Shown here piece after piece: positions 1-14,255 of a stretch of 64,000 nt of DNA (position 1 is the first letter of the stretch; every line of letters starts with the position of its first letter). Under the pieces are notes generated by a model. The model did not search any database and was not told the origin of the DNA. It saw nothing but the letters and a program-made list of their open reading frames with translations. This DNA comes from Convolutriloba macropyga. Its lineage: Eukaryota. The DNA is taken from contig NC_134476.1 in NCBI RefSeq assembly GCF_964194025.1, positions 54,126,001-54,190,000 on the forward strand, in the 5' to 3' direction. Both the position numbers and the translations under genes were made by a program.

Positions 1-1349
1 GAAATTCTAAGCTTTTTGTTGGGATCATTCTGGCTTCGTGTTCTTTTGATACGGTGAGCAGAAGTGTTCTAGGTTTCTTACGTTCCTTGCCAATTTTCCC
101 GAGATTCTTCATTTTCACTATCTGAGGCTTGACGCCATTAGTCTTCAGAACATCGTTATTTTTTTTGCAGTTGTGGGGACAATGTTCTCAACACGTGGTT
201 TTTTTCATCCTTGGGGATTTCTTGGTTTTGGAAACTCTTCTTGTTGACGTGATCGTCACTTTCGTTGTCTTTTGCTCAATTGCTCCTCTCATTCCTTTTG
301 GCAATGCTCCAAGCAACTACTTTTGCACAGGTGTCTTCAACGTTTGCGGAGGTGGTTTTAATCGCTTCTTCAAATTTAGTTTCTTTTAACTCAGTCAAAC
401 TCTTCAGTCAAAGTCTTTAATTGTTCTAGTTTTGCCTCGAACTGGAACTGTTGAAAATTGTGCAATTTGTTGCAAAAGAAGATAACTTTCATGCCAAGTT
501 CGGCAATGCCGTTAACACCAACTTGAGTCAAGTCTGTGCATACTGAAGTCAAGTGTATGTGGAAATTGCAAGCGGCACAGTGATAAGTTGTGTCGCTGAG
601 ATTGACGTTCTTTTTGCAGGTCCTGTTGTTGCTAGTTATCTTGATGTCGTGCAGATCTGACTGATCTTGGAGCTAACCAATTCAGAAAATATTACACGAT
701 CACAAATTCGCGGAAAGGAAAAGATTAGACTACCTGTTTTGCAGATATTTCCAAGCACCTTCGCTGGGCTGCGGATGGTTGTTTGTTTTTTCTGTTGAAT
801 CCAAGAAGATCATCTTTGAACGTTTTAATAAGAAGCAGGAATTTCAACTCGAGTGTTGGGCAAATATGGAGAGCTTGCAATGTAGACGCTTTGTAATATC
901 TCTCTGTTTCCTCTTTGACAAAAGATTATTCGAAAGGTGATTGACAGGGCAACATATTTAGTCACTAGGCATTGGCGAAAATTGGGTGCACTGTTTCGTT
1001 GCATGTAAACGATTCCAGAGAGATTGCGGATCTCCAGTAATTCAACGATGAGTTCCTCCTTGAAGAGCGGGGCACGTCTAATACGGGGATAACGTGTAAT
1101 CGGGTTGCTTGAAACGTCGTGCCAGAGCATATAACTCTCTTCTTCGTGGATAGGTGATCTGAAAAAGTTGACTACTCTCTTTTTGGGGTCGGCTCTGGGT
1201 TTCAAACTGAGACCAGGGTTTGATTTAACTCCCGGCTGTAATCGCCGTCTGATGTTCTTCCACTTTACTAAAGCTCTGTGAAGAGGAGAGGCAGCAACAA
1301 TAACAACCAGTCATAGAAATCGGAGGCTCACCACGGCTGCCTCACACAT
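1..1349 (-). mobile_element. 5' portion (5'UTR plus decayed ORF1) of a CR1-group non-LTR retrotransposon running off the left edge
   Basis: Minus-strand translation around 620-440 gives a PHD-like YHCAACNFHIHLTSVCT segment, and near 140-20 gives RISGKIGKERKKPRTLLLTV. Both align by eye to ORF1 of the intact LINE at 22935 (FSCAYCSKAMHMTPDCT; HRLGKFDPDKKGARTILV). Stops are present and the 5' boundary is approximate. Confidence 0.65.
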
Positions 1350-4300
1350 TTTTTTTATCTGAAGAAAACTATTTAATCAACAATTTTATCTTGCTTACTA
1401 GCTTGCAGGTTCAAACTATTGCTTTTCCGGCCATCTACTACGCTATGAAAAAAGCTTGATGCATCAAAGTGTAACCTAAAAATAAGAATTTCAAATAATT
1501 TACGCATTCTCTTTCAAAAATTACTTCACACATTATCATTCTGAAAAACTACTAATCCCAGTTTTAAATCCTTTCAAGATGATTGGACACTAAATTCTAT
1601 TGTTTGTGTTTCCCTAAAACCACATTTTAGCTCAACCTGTTGTTCTGAGTTGCTTCTGATTCGTCACAATTCCAGTTGCTGTCTCTTGTCAAACAAACAT
1701 ACTGATAAGAAATTTTCTGTCTTTTTTCTGTAATGGAAGAAGATTGATAACACTGATTTCATCTTTAGAGGCGCTCGTCATAGCATTACCAATTTTTACC
1801 CTTCTGAAAATTTATAGTCAACAATACCAGCAAGTAAACATCTGTTGTTTTGTCGGACAGACTGCTCTGTTCTAAGGTTCAGGCTCTTTGTTTTTGTCAT
1901 TTGACTTTTCTGGGGCATTGTCATCTCTTGAACAGAAACTAGAGAGAATTGTTCCTGAGAAACTAGTTTTGAGATTTTCGTGGGTAGCTCGATATCAGTA
2001 AAAGCAATAATTCCCTTGCCATCACGTTCATTCGATATTTTGCCAGCTGCCATCATTCGTGAATTTTTTAATTTTCCAACAATTACAATTTCAAAGTGGC
2101 ATAGTTTCGCTTGAGGGGAATTGCAGTCGGCCAGCTTGACTGAAGGTTACCGTCCAGCGCAAGTGGATAGCTTTTTTTCAGAAAAAAAACGAAAGAAAGA
2201 TTAAATTTCTAATCTGTCGAAGTCAAAAATTTTCATCAGTTATACAGACAGAGAAAAATTGGAGTCCTCAAATAGGTTAGAAGGGGCGTGGGAGCATAGG
2301 TATGACAGACAGTTTTTGCCTTAATTTTACAAAATGTGTTTCTTTGGCTATTTTTTTGATAAAAATTGTAGGGGACTTGCAAATGGTTCCCCTATTGATG
2401 GCAATGATTTCAAATCAAAATCTTGAAAAATAAATCAAAATCTTGAAAAATAACAAACTTCTTAATGTTAAACATGCAAGAAAAACTACAACGCCGTAGA
2501 GAGTCTGAACGAAAGGGAACTACCAAAAAAATAAGATATCATTACGTAGAAAAATTGTCAAAGGTACGAACAGGGGTTGCAAAAACAGTGCATTTTGTAG
2601 GCCTGCAAACGTATGTATGGAAAACAATAAAAACGAAAAAAAAACCCTTGCCACATTTTAAACAATGTTTCACTCTACTCTTTGAAAAGATTTTGAGCTA
2701 ACATCAAATCTTCGAGTCTAATAGCGTAAAAACGATATTTTGAAACAAAAAAGTACTGGCTGTCAAAAACATTGTTTTAAAACATCAAGGCCAATAAGTT
2801 TGATAAATGTGGGAAATGGTATCACTTAAACGTCAAAATATAACTGATTAGCAATATGAAAATAGTTGGGATGTCTTTAAAAATTCTTTTAATATGAAAA
2901 CTGCCCATCTGATAACCATACTAGGAAGCAAAAATAAATGAAAAACTAAGTAAAAAAGTTTTTAAAAAAATCTAAGTGTTTAAAATCAATTGAGTTCTGT
3001 GCAAACCAAACTTCGAAGCAAAAAATCACCTACTGTCATAAAAATGTTTTGAAATATAAAGGTAGTCAAATGCAATAATTGTGAGAAGTGGTATCACAAA
3101 AAACGTCAGTATAAAACTGAAGAGCAATTCGAAAGAATTTGGGATGGTTTTCGAAATTGATCCCAACAAGAAAATTGTCCAACTAATAATTATACCAGGG
3201 AAAAAAATTGAAGATGGCTTCATTTGCTCAACTATAGACAAACCAACAATTTTGCTACTACAATGAAATAATTCAGGTGAATAAATGTTGTTCAAAATGC
3301 AAAAATTGAAAGAAAAACTCGACTTAGGCTTTCTAATATTGGCATTCCACATTGAAAAACAGAACGGTTTCCTGTAAAAAGTAACGAAAACCAACGAAAG
3401 GTGACTTTTTCTAAACTTCAATAACTGCGTATCCCTTGAAATTAAAAAGGTTTTATTCCGGGTTCTATCCGAGAGCTTTTTTGAGCAACACATAACTAGC
3501 ATTCCCGTTCACAAGATTTTTATGCTAGCTGCCATCATTCGCAAACTTTTAACGAGAAACATATTTGCACATCCCCTGAAGAAAAGTATTCCAGTTTTGT
3601 ATTTTTTAAAGAGAAAAATACAAATTGGAATATTTTTCTTGAGTGGAAGTGCAAATAGCCAGCCTGACTGACTCTTCTGGTCCGCCAAGTGTATAGAGTT
3701 TTTTGTTCAGGAATGTCAAAAGAAATCAAAAAAGGAAACGATTGAATTCTTAATCTGTCAAAGTCAACATTTTACTTTAGTTATAGAGACAGACAGTATA
3801 GGGAGCTCTCAAATAGTTTAGAACATGCCTGTGAATCTAGATCTGACTCAAAAGTTTTTGAATTCAGTTTAACAGAATGCTATTTTTCTATATTTTTGGG
3901 GGGCTTAAAATAGACTCCGGGAAGGGCAAGAGATAGTGGAATCTACCTGCCGGAGAAATAATGCCTAAAAGCTGATTTTAAATTATTTAGCCAACCTAAA
4001 AATGTCACGCTTATCTCAAAAGTTATCTTCCTGAAAAAATATTATGAAAAGGATTTTGTTTACGGTTTTCTAAAATTTGTGTTCCTAATGACGGTGTTTT
4101 GTTTTTCGAGTAGGCTGTCAAAACCTTTAAGCGTAGATTACTAATAGTACTGATGAAAATAAATAAAAACAGCACCGTTGACCTGCGGAAAAAGCGGAGC
4201 CGATTATGTCAAGAAAAAGGATCTCGACTATCCGTGAAGGATAAATATTTATCCTCATGAATTTTCTTTTGAGCAAACCGAAAGCCTGATTGATGGAAAG

Positions 4301-7300
4301 TATTATAAAAAGAATGAAACAAGAACTTGAAAAATTATGGCATCGTCAAGTTAAACCTTTTAGAAAAAACCTACATCGCAGTAGAGAATCTGAACCATAC
4401 TGTGTTTCATTCCGGAGAAAACTTATCAAAGTTACGAACAATGGGCGAAAAACGCAATAGAAATTTACGGGCAAGAATAGGTACACATAGACAAAAAACC
4501 AACGTTCCTGTTTTCATCTACTCCAATAACACTTGTCAAAATTTAAACAACGTTTCACTACATTTTTTGAAAAGTGCGGAAGCTAACCTCAAATATTCAA
4601 ATCTGACAGCGGGTAAGAAAATCTGTAGAACCAGGCAAATGAGCAACTTGCACCACTAGATGTTAGAATTGTTCAAACCATTTTTGACATATCGGTAGCA
4701 AACAAATTTGTTTTGCTATCCTTTTAACCCAGTGACAACCAATCTGACATGAAAAGACCAAAAATAAAAGGAGACTTAAAAAAGACTGTGGGAAAAACAA
4801 AAGGTAATCTACTCCAGGTTTCATCTACTCCAAAAATTCTTGCCACCATTTGAACAATGGTTTAGTTCACCTTTTGAAAAGGTGCCCGGAGTCCAATATC
4901 GCGGCAGGGAAATAAGAGCTTCAGACAATTCAGCAAACCGTTTCACTAGATATGGAAATTTTTACATTTATTTTGAAATCTCTGAAGCAATCGGATTTGT
5001 GCTCTAATGCCTATACTCCAGTGACAACCCTTTCGATATTAAAAAGTCAACATTCAGTCTCCATCTCACATTAACAGTCAAAAACGTGTGTTTTGAAGCT
5101 AATGCTGCTTGATTTTGTTATAGGGAAGCGTCAGTTTTGTTATAGGGAAATCTGTAGAACCAGGCAAATGAGCAACTTGCACCACTAGATGTTAGAATTG
5201 TTCAAACCATTTTTGACATATCGGTAGCAAACAAATTTGTTTTGCTATGCTTTTAACCCAGTGACAACCAATCTGACATGAAAAGACCAAAAATAAAAGG
5301 AGACTTAAAAAAGACTGTGGGAAAAACAAAAGGTAATAGATTGCGATCAAATTTTTCGTAGAATTTGTTTGTAAAACATATCGCAATGTTAAGAAAAACT
5401 GGGAATCTGTTCTCAAAAAATTAATTCCTACAAAATATGAATATAGGGATTTAGTTCCCAACTCTATTTTTTTGTGTTCCAAATAGCGGTGTTCCAAATA
5501 GCTTTTTGGGGTCGGCTCTGGGTTTCAAACTGAGACCAGGGTTTGATTTAACTCCCGGCTGTAATCGCCGTCTGATGTTCTTCCACTTTACTAAAGCTCT
5601 GTGAAGAGGAGAGGCAGCAACAATAACAACCAGTCATAGAAATCGGAGGCTCACCACGGCTGCCTCACACATTTTTTTTATCTGAAGAAAACTATTTAAT
5701 CAACAATTTTATCTTGCTTACTAGCTTGCAGGTTCAAACTATTGCTTTTCCGGCCATCTACTACGCTATGAAAAAAGCTTGATGCATCAAAGGGTAACCT
5801 AAAAATAAGAATTTCAAATAATTTATGCATTCTCTTTCAAAAATTACTTCACACATTATCATTCTGAAAAACTACAAATCCCAGTTTTAAATCCTTTAAA
5901 GATGATTGGACACTAAGTTCTATTGTTTGTGTTTCCCTAAAACCACATTTTAGCTCAACCTGTTGTTCTGAGTTGCTTCTGATTCGTCACAATTCCAGTT
6001 GCTGTCTCTTGTCAAACAAACATACTGATAAGAAATTTTCTGTCTTTTTTCTGTAGTGGAAGAAGATTGATAACACTGATTTCATCTTTAGAGGCGCTCG
6101 TCATAGCATTACCAATTTTTACCCTTCTGAAAATTTATAGTCAACAATACCAGCAAGTAAACATCTGTTGTTTTGTCGGACAGACTGCTCTGTTCTAAGG
6201 TTCAGGCTCTTTGTTTTTGTCATTTGACTTTTCTGGGGCATTGTCATCTCTTGAACAGAAACTAGAGAGAATTGTTCCTGAGAAACTAGTTTTGAGATTT
6301 TCGTGGGTAGCTCGATATCAGTAAAAGCAATAATTCCCTTGCCATCACGTTCATTCGATATTTTGCCAGCCGCCATCATTCGTGAATTTTTTAATTTTCC
6401 AACAATTACAATTTCAAAGTGGCATAGTTTCGCTTGAGGGGAATTGCAGTCGGCCAGCTTGACTGAAGGTTACCGTCCAGCGCAAGTGGATAGCTTTTTT
6501 TCAGAAAAAAACGAAAGAAAGATTAAATTTCTAATCTGTCGAAGTCAAAAATTTTCATCAGTTATACAGACAGAAAAAAATTGGAGTCCTCAAATAGGTT
6601 AGAAGGGGCGTGGGAGCATAGGTATGACAGACAGTTTTTGCCTTAATTTTACAAAATGTGTTTCTTTGGCTATTTTTTTGATAAAAATTGTAGGGGACTT
6701 GCAAATGGTTCCCCTATTGATGGCAATGATTTCAAATCAAAATCTTGAAAAATAAATCAAAATCTTGAAAAATAACAAACTTCTTAATGTTAAACATGCA
6801 AGAAAAACTACAACGCCGTAGAGAGTCTGAACGAAAGGGAACTACCAAAAAAATAAGATATCATTACGTAGAAAAATTGTCAAAGGTACGAACAGGGGTT
6901 GCAAAAACAGTGCATTTTGTAGGCCTGCAAACGTATGTATGGAAAACAATAAAAACGAAAAAAAAACCCTTGCCACAATTTAAACAATGTTTCACTCTAC
7001 TCTTTGAAAAGATTTTGAGCTAACATCAAATCTTCGAGTCTAATAGCGTAAAAACGATATTTTGAAACAAAAAAGTACTGGCTGTCAAAAACATTGTTTT
7101 AAAACATCAAGGCCAATAAGTTTGATAAATGTGGGAAATGGTATCACTTAAACGTCAAAATATAACTGATTAGCAATATGAAAATAGTTGGGATGTCTTT
7201 AAAAAATCTTTTAATATGAAAACTGCCCATCTGATAACCATACTAGGAAAGAAAAATAAATTGAAAAACTAAGTAAAAAAGTTTTTAAAAAAATCTAAGT

Positions 7301-10300
7301 GTTTAAAATCAATTGAGTTCTGTGCAAACCAAACTTCGAAGCAAAAAATCACCGACTGTCATAAAAAAGTTTTGAAATATAAAGGTAGTCAAATGCAATA
7401 ATTGTGAGAAGTGGTATCACAAAAAACGTCAGTATAAAACTGAAGAGCAATTCGAAAGAATTTGGCATGGTTTTCGAAATTGATCCCAACAAGAAAATTG
7501 TCCAACTAATAATTATACCAGGGAAAAAAATTGAAGATGGCTTCATTTGCTCAACTATAGACAAACCAACAATTTTGCTACTACAATGAAATAATTCAGG
7601 TGAATAAATGTTGTTCAAAATGCAAAAATTGAAAGAAAAACTCGACTTAGGCTTTCTAATATTGGCATTCCACATTGAAAAACAGAACGGTTTCCTGTAA
7701 AAAGTAACGAAAACCAACGAAAGGTGACTTTTTCTAAACTTCAATAACTGCGTATCCCTTGAAATTAAAAAGGTTTTATTCCGGGTTCTATCCGAGAGCT
7801 TTTTTGAGCAACACATAACTAGCATTCCCGTTCACGAGATTTTTATGCTAGCTACCATCATTCGCAAACTTTTAACGAGAAACATATTTGCACATCCCCT
7901 GAATAAAAGTATTCCAGTTTTGTATTTTTTAAAGAGAAAAATACAAATTGGAATATTTTTCTTGAGTGGAAGTGCAAATAGCCAGCCTGACTGACTCTTC
8001 TGGTCCGCCAAGTGTATAGAGTTTTTTGTTCAGGAATGTCAAAAGAAATCAAAAAAGGAAACGATTGAATTCTTAATCTGTCAAAGTCAACATTTTACTT
8101 TAGTTATAGAGACAGACAGTATAGGGAGCTCTCAAATAGTTTAGAACATGCCTGTGAATCTAGATCTGACTCAAAAGTTTTTGAATTCAGTTTAACAGAA
8201 TGCTATTTTTCTATATTTTTGGGGGGCTTAAAATAGACTCCGGGAAGGGCAAGAGATAGTGGAATCTACCTGCCGGAGAAATAATGCCTAAAAGCTGATT
8301 TTAAATTATTTAGCCAACCTAAAAATGTCACGCTTATCTCAAAAGTTATCTTCCTGAAAAAATATTATGAAAAGGATTTTGTTTACGGTTTTCTAAAATT
8401 TGTGTTCCTAATGACGGTGTTTTGTTTTTCGAGTAGGCTGTCAAAACCTTTAAGCGTAGATTACTAATAGTACTGATGAATATAAATAAAAACAGCACCG
8501 TTGACCTGCGGAAAAAGCGGAGCCGATTATGTCAAAAAAAAGGATCTCGACTATCCGTGAAGGATAAGTATTTATCCTCATGAATTTTCTTTTGAGCAAA
8601 CCGAAAGCCTGATTGATGGAAAGTATTATAAAAAGAATGAAACAAGAACTTGAAAAATTATGGCATCGTCAAGTTAAACCTTTTAGAAAAAAACTACATC
8701 GCAGTAGAGAATCTGAACCATACTGTGTTTCATTCCGGAGAAAACTTATCAAAGTTACGAACAATGGGCGAAAAACGCAATAGAAATTTACGGGCAAGAA
8801 TAGGTACACATAGACAAAAAACCAACGTTCCTGTTTTCATCTACTCCAATAACACTTGTCAAAATTTAAACAACGTTTCACTACATTTTTTGAAAAGTGC
8901 GGAAGCTAACCTCAAATATTCAAATCTGACAGCGGGTAAGAAAATCTGTAGAACCAGGCAAATGAGCAACTTGCACCACTAGATGTTAGAATTGTTCAAA
9001 CCATTTTTGACATATCGGTAGCAAACAAATTTGTTTTGCTATCCTTTTAACCCAGTGACAACCAATCTGACATGAAAAGACCAAAAATAAAAGGAGACTT
9101 AAAAAAGACTGTGGGAAAAACAAAAGGTAATCTACTCCAGGTTTCATCTACTCCAAAAATTCTTGCCACCATTTGAACAATGGTTTAGTTCACCTTTTGA
9201 AAAGGTGCCCGGAGTCCAATATCGCGGCAGGGAAATAAGAGCTTCAGACAATTCAGCAAACCGTTTCACTAGATATGGAAATTTTTACATTTATTTTGAA
9301 ATCTCTGAAGCAATCGGATTTGTGCTCTAATGCCTATACTCCAGTGACAACCCTTTCGATATTAAAAAGTCAACATTCAGTCTCCATCTCACATTAACAG
9401 TCAAAAACGTGTGTTTTGAAGCTAATGCTGCTTGATTTTGTTATAGGGAAGCGTCAGTTTTGTTATAGGGAAATCTGTAGAACCAGGCAAATGAGCAACT
9501 TGCACCACTAGATGTTAGAATTGTTCAAACCATTTTTGACATATCGGTAGCAAACAAATTTGTTTTGCTATGCTTTTAACCCAGTGACAACCAATCTGAC
9601 ATGAAAAGACCAAAAATAAAAGGAGACTTAAAAAAGACTGTGGGAAAAACAAAAGGTAATAGATTGGGATCAAATTTTTCGTAGAATTTGTTTGTAAAAC
9701 ATATCGCAATGTTAAGAAAAACTGGGAATCTGTTCTCAAAAAATTAATTCCTACAAAATATGAATATAGGGATTTAGTTCCCAACTCTCTTTTTTTGTGT
9801 TCCAAATAGCGGTGTTCCAAATAGCTTTTTGGGGTCGGCTCTGGGTTTCAAACTGAGACCAGGGTTTGATTTAACTCCCGGCTGTAATCGCCGTCTGATG
9901 TTCTTCCACTTTACTAAAGCTCTGTGAAGAGGAGAGGCAGCAACAATAACAACCAGTCATAGAAATCGGAGGCTCACCACGGCTGCCTCACACATTTTTT
10001 TTATCTGAAGAAAACTATTTAATCAACAATTTTATCTTGCTTACTAGCTTGCAGGTTCAAACTATTGCTTTTCCGGCCATCTACTACGCTATGAAAAAAG
10101 CTTGATGCATCAAAGGGTAACCTAAAAATAAGAATTTCAAATAATTTACGCATTCTCTTTCAAAAACTACTTCACACATTATCATTCTGAAAAACTACAA
10201 ATCCCAGTTTTAAATCCTTTCAAGATGATTGGACACTAAGTTCTATTGTTTGTGTTTCCCTAAAACCACATTTTAGCTCAACCTGTTGTTCTGAGTTGCT

Positions 10301-13300
10301 TCTGATTCGTCACAATTCCAGTTGCTGTCTCTTGTCAAACAAACATACTGATAAGAAATTTTCTGTCTTTTTTCTGTAATGGAAGAAGATTGATAACACT
10401 GATTTCATCTTTAGAGGCGCTCGTCATAGCATTACCAATTTTTACCCTTGTGAAAATTTATAGTCAACAATACCAGCAAGTAAACATCTGTTGTTTTGTC
10501 GGACAGACTGCTCTGTTCTAAGGTTCAGGCTCTTTGTTTTTGTCATTTGACTTTTCCGGGGCATTGTCATCTCTTGAACAGAAACTAGAGAGAATTTTTC
10601 CTGAGAAACTAGTTTTGAGATTTTCGTGGGTAGCTCGATATCAGTAAAAGCAATAATTCCCTTGCCATCACGTTCATTCGATATTTTGCCAGCCGCCATC
10701 ATTCGTGAATTTTTTAATTTTCCAACAATTACAATTTCAAAGTGGCATAGTTTCGCTTGAGGGGAATTGCAGTCGGCCAGCTTGACTGAAGGTTACCGTC
10801 CAGCGCAAGTGGATAGCTTTTTTTCAGAAAAAAACGAAAGAAAGATTAAATTTCTAATCTGTCGAAGTCAAAAATTTTCATCAGTTATACAGACAGAAAA
10901 AAATTGGAGTCCTCAAATAGGTTAGAAGGGGCGTGGGAGCATAGGTATGACAGACAGTTTTTGCCTTAATTTTACAAAATGTGTTTCTTTGGCTATTTTT
11001 TTGATAAAAATTGTAGGGGACTTGCAAATGGTTCCCCTATTGATGGCAATGATTTCAAATCAAAATCTTGAAAAATATATCAAAATCTTGAAAAATAACA
11101 AACTTCTTAATGTTAAACATGTAAGAAAAACTACAACGCCGTAGAGAGTCTGAACGAAAGGGAACTACCAAAAAAATAAGATATCATTACGTAGAAAAAT
11201 TGTCAAAGGTACGAACAGGGGTTGCAAAAACAGTGCATTTTGTAGGCCTGCAAACGTATGTATGGAAAACAAATGTTTCACTCTACTCTTTGAAAAGATT
11301 TTGAGCTAACATCAAATCTTCGAGTCTAATTGTGAGAAGTGGTATCACAAAAAACGTCAGTATAAAACTGAAGAGCAATTCGAAAGAATTTGGGATGGTT
11401 TTCGAAATTGATCCCAACAAGAAAATTGTCCAACTAATAATTATACCAGGGAAAAAAATTGAAGATGGCTTCATTTGCTCAACTATAGACAAACCAACAA
11501 TTTTGCTACTACAATGAAATAATTCAGGTGAATAAATGTTGTTCAAAATGCAAAAATTGAAAGAAAAACTCGACTTAGGCTTTCTAATATTGGCATTCCA
11601 CATTGAAAAACAGAACGGTTTCCTGTAAAAAGTAACGAAAACCAACGAAAGGGGACTTTTTCTAAACTTCGATAACTGCGTATCCCTTGAAATTAAAAAG
11701 GTTTTATTCCGGGTTCTATCCGAGAGCTTTTTTGAGCAACACATAACTAGCATTCCCGTTCACGAGATTTTTATGCTAGCTGCCATCATTCGCAAACTTT
11801 TAACGAGAAACATATTTGCACATCCCCTGAAGAAAAGTATTCCAGTTTTGTATTTTTTAAAGAGAAAAATACAAATTGGAATCTTGTTCTTGAGTGGAAG
11901 TGCAAATAGCCAGCCTGACTGACTCTTCTGGTCCGCCAAGTGTATAGAGTTTTTTGTTCAGGAATGTCAAAAGAAATCAAAAAAGGAAACGATTGAATTC
12001 TTAATCTGTCAAAGTCAACATTTTACTTTAGTTATAGAGACAGACAGTATAGGGAGCTCTCAAATAGTTTAGAACATGCCTGTGAATCTAGATCTGACTC
12101 AAAAGTTTTTGAATTCAGTTTAACAGAATGCTATTTTTCTATATTATTGGGGGGCTTAAAATAGACTCCGGGAAGGGCAAGAGATAGTGGAATCTACCTG
12201 CCGGAGAAATAATGCCTAAAAGCTGATTTTAAATTATTTAGCCAACCTAAAAATATCACGCTTATCTCGAAAGGTATCTTCCTGAAAAAATATTATGAAA
12301 AGGATTTTGTTTACGGTTTTCTAAAATTTGTGTTCCTAATGACGGTGTTTTGTTTTTCGAGTAGGCTGTCAAAACCTTTAAGCGTACATTACTAATAGTA
12401 CTGATGAATATAAATAAAAACAGCACCGTTGACCTGCGGAAAAAGCGGAGCCGATTATGTCAAAAAAAAGGATCTCGACTATCCGTGAAGGATAAATATT
12501 TATCCTCATGAATTTTCTTTTGAGCAAACCGAAAGCCTGATTGATGGAAAGTATTATAAAAAGAATGAAACAAGAACTTGAAAAATTATGGCATCGTCAA
12601 GTTAAACCTTTTAGAAAAAAACTACATCGCAGTAGAGAATCTGAACCATACTGTGTTTCATTCCGGAGAAAACTTATCAAAGTTACGAACAATGGGCGAA
12701 AAACGCAATAGAAATTTACGGGCAAGAATAGGTACACATAGACAAAAAACCAACGTTCCTGTTTTCATCTACTCTAATAACACTTGTCAAAATTTAAACA
12801 ACGTTTCACTACATTTTTTGAAAAGTGCGGAAGCTAACCTCAAATATTCAAATCTGACAGCGGGTAAGAAAATCTGTAGAACCAGGCAAATGAGCAACTT
12901 GCACCACTAGATGTTAGAATTGTTCAAACCATTTTTGACATATCGGTAGCAAACAAATTTGTTTTGCTATCCTTTTAACCCAGTGACAACCAATCTGACA
13001 TGAAAAGACCAAAAATAAAAGGAGACTTAAAAAAGACTGTGGGAAAAACAAAAGGTAATCTACTCCAGGTTTCATCTACTCCAAAAATTCTTGCCACCAT
13101 TTGAACAATGGTTTAGTTCACCTTTTGAAAAGGTGCCCGGAGTCCAATATCGCGGCAGGGAAATAAGAGCTTCAGACAATTCAGCAAACCGTTTCACTAG
13201 ATATGGAAATTTTTACAATTTATTTTGAAATCTCTGAAGCAATCGGATTAGTGCTCTAATGCCTATACTCCAGTGACAACCCTTTCGATATTAAAAAGTC

Positions 13301-13745
13301 AACATTCAGTCTCCATCTCACATTTACAGTCAAAAACGTGTGTTTTGAAGCTAATGCTGCTTGATTTTGTTATAGGGAAGCGTCAGTTTTGTTATAGGGA
13401 AATCTGTAGAACCAGGCAAATGAGCAACTTGCACCACTAGATGTTAGAATTGTTCAAACCATTTTTGACATATCGGTAGCAAACAAATTTGTTTTGCTAT
13501 GCTTTTAACCCAGTGACAACCAATCTGACATGAAAAGACCAAAAATAAAAGGAGACTCAAAAAAGACTGTGGGAAAAACAAAAGGTAATAGATTGGGATC
13601 AAATTTTTCGTAGAATTTGTTTGTAAAACATATCGCAATGTTAAGAAAAACTGGGAATCTGTTCTCAAAAAATTAATTCCTACAAAATATGAATATAGGG
13701 ATTTAGTTCCCAACTCCCTTTTTTTGTGTTCCAAATAGCGGTGTT
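1179..13745. repeat. Tandem array of three near-identical ~4323 bp units (starts 1179, 5502, 9825; third copy has two internal deletions)
   Basis: The same sequence and the same short ORFs recur at +4323 offsets with only scattered substitutions. No recognisable protein is encoded. Confidence 0.97.
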
Positions 13746-13770
13746 ATTTGTGCCGTTCTTTTCGAGCGCC

Positions 13771-14255
13771 CGTTGAAGTCACCCAGTACATATTTTTTCT
13801 CAAATTTTTACTTTTCTTAAGAATTTTAACAGTTTTGGATGAGCTCAGCAACTTTCAAATTAGAAAAAACTCTTGAGTGCAATAACTATTTTTGTTAAAT
13901 CCATTTCCAATAATCTGGTATTTGCTTAGAACATTTGGGAAGAAACTAAGCGCATGGATTACAAATTAATACCAAATTATAACTTCAAAAATTCCTGACT
14001 CGAAAAGTTGAAGTCACCGTTGAAGTCACCCAGTACATATTTTTTCTCAAATTTTTACTTTTTTTAAAGAATTTTAACAGTTTTGGATGAGCTCAGCAAC
14101 TTTCAAATTAGAAAAGACTCTTGTGTGCACCAGCCATTTTTGTTAAACCCATTTCCAATAACCTGGTATTTGTATACAACGTTTGGGAAGAAACTAAGCG
14201 CATGGATTACAAATTAATACCAAATTATAACTTCAAAATTTCCTGACTCGAAAAG
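13771..14255. repeat. Local direct tandem duplication, ~247 bp period
   Basis: cgttgaagtcacccagtacatatttt...cctgactcgaaaag occurs at 13771 and again at 14018. Confidence 0.9.

Noticed and set aside
1796-13734. Recurrent 60-158 aa ORFs in the tandem array
   Set aside because: No motifs and many non-ATG starts. They recur only because the DNA is triplicated.
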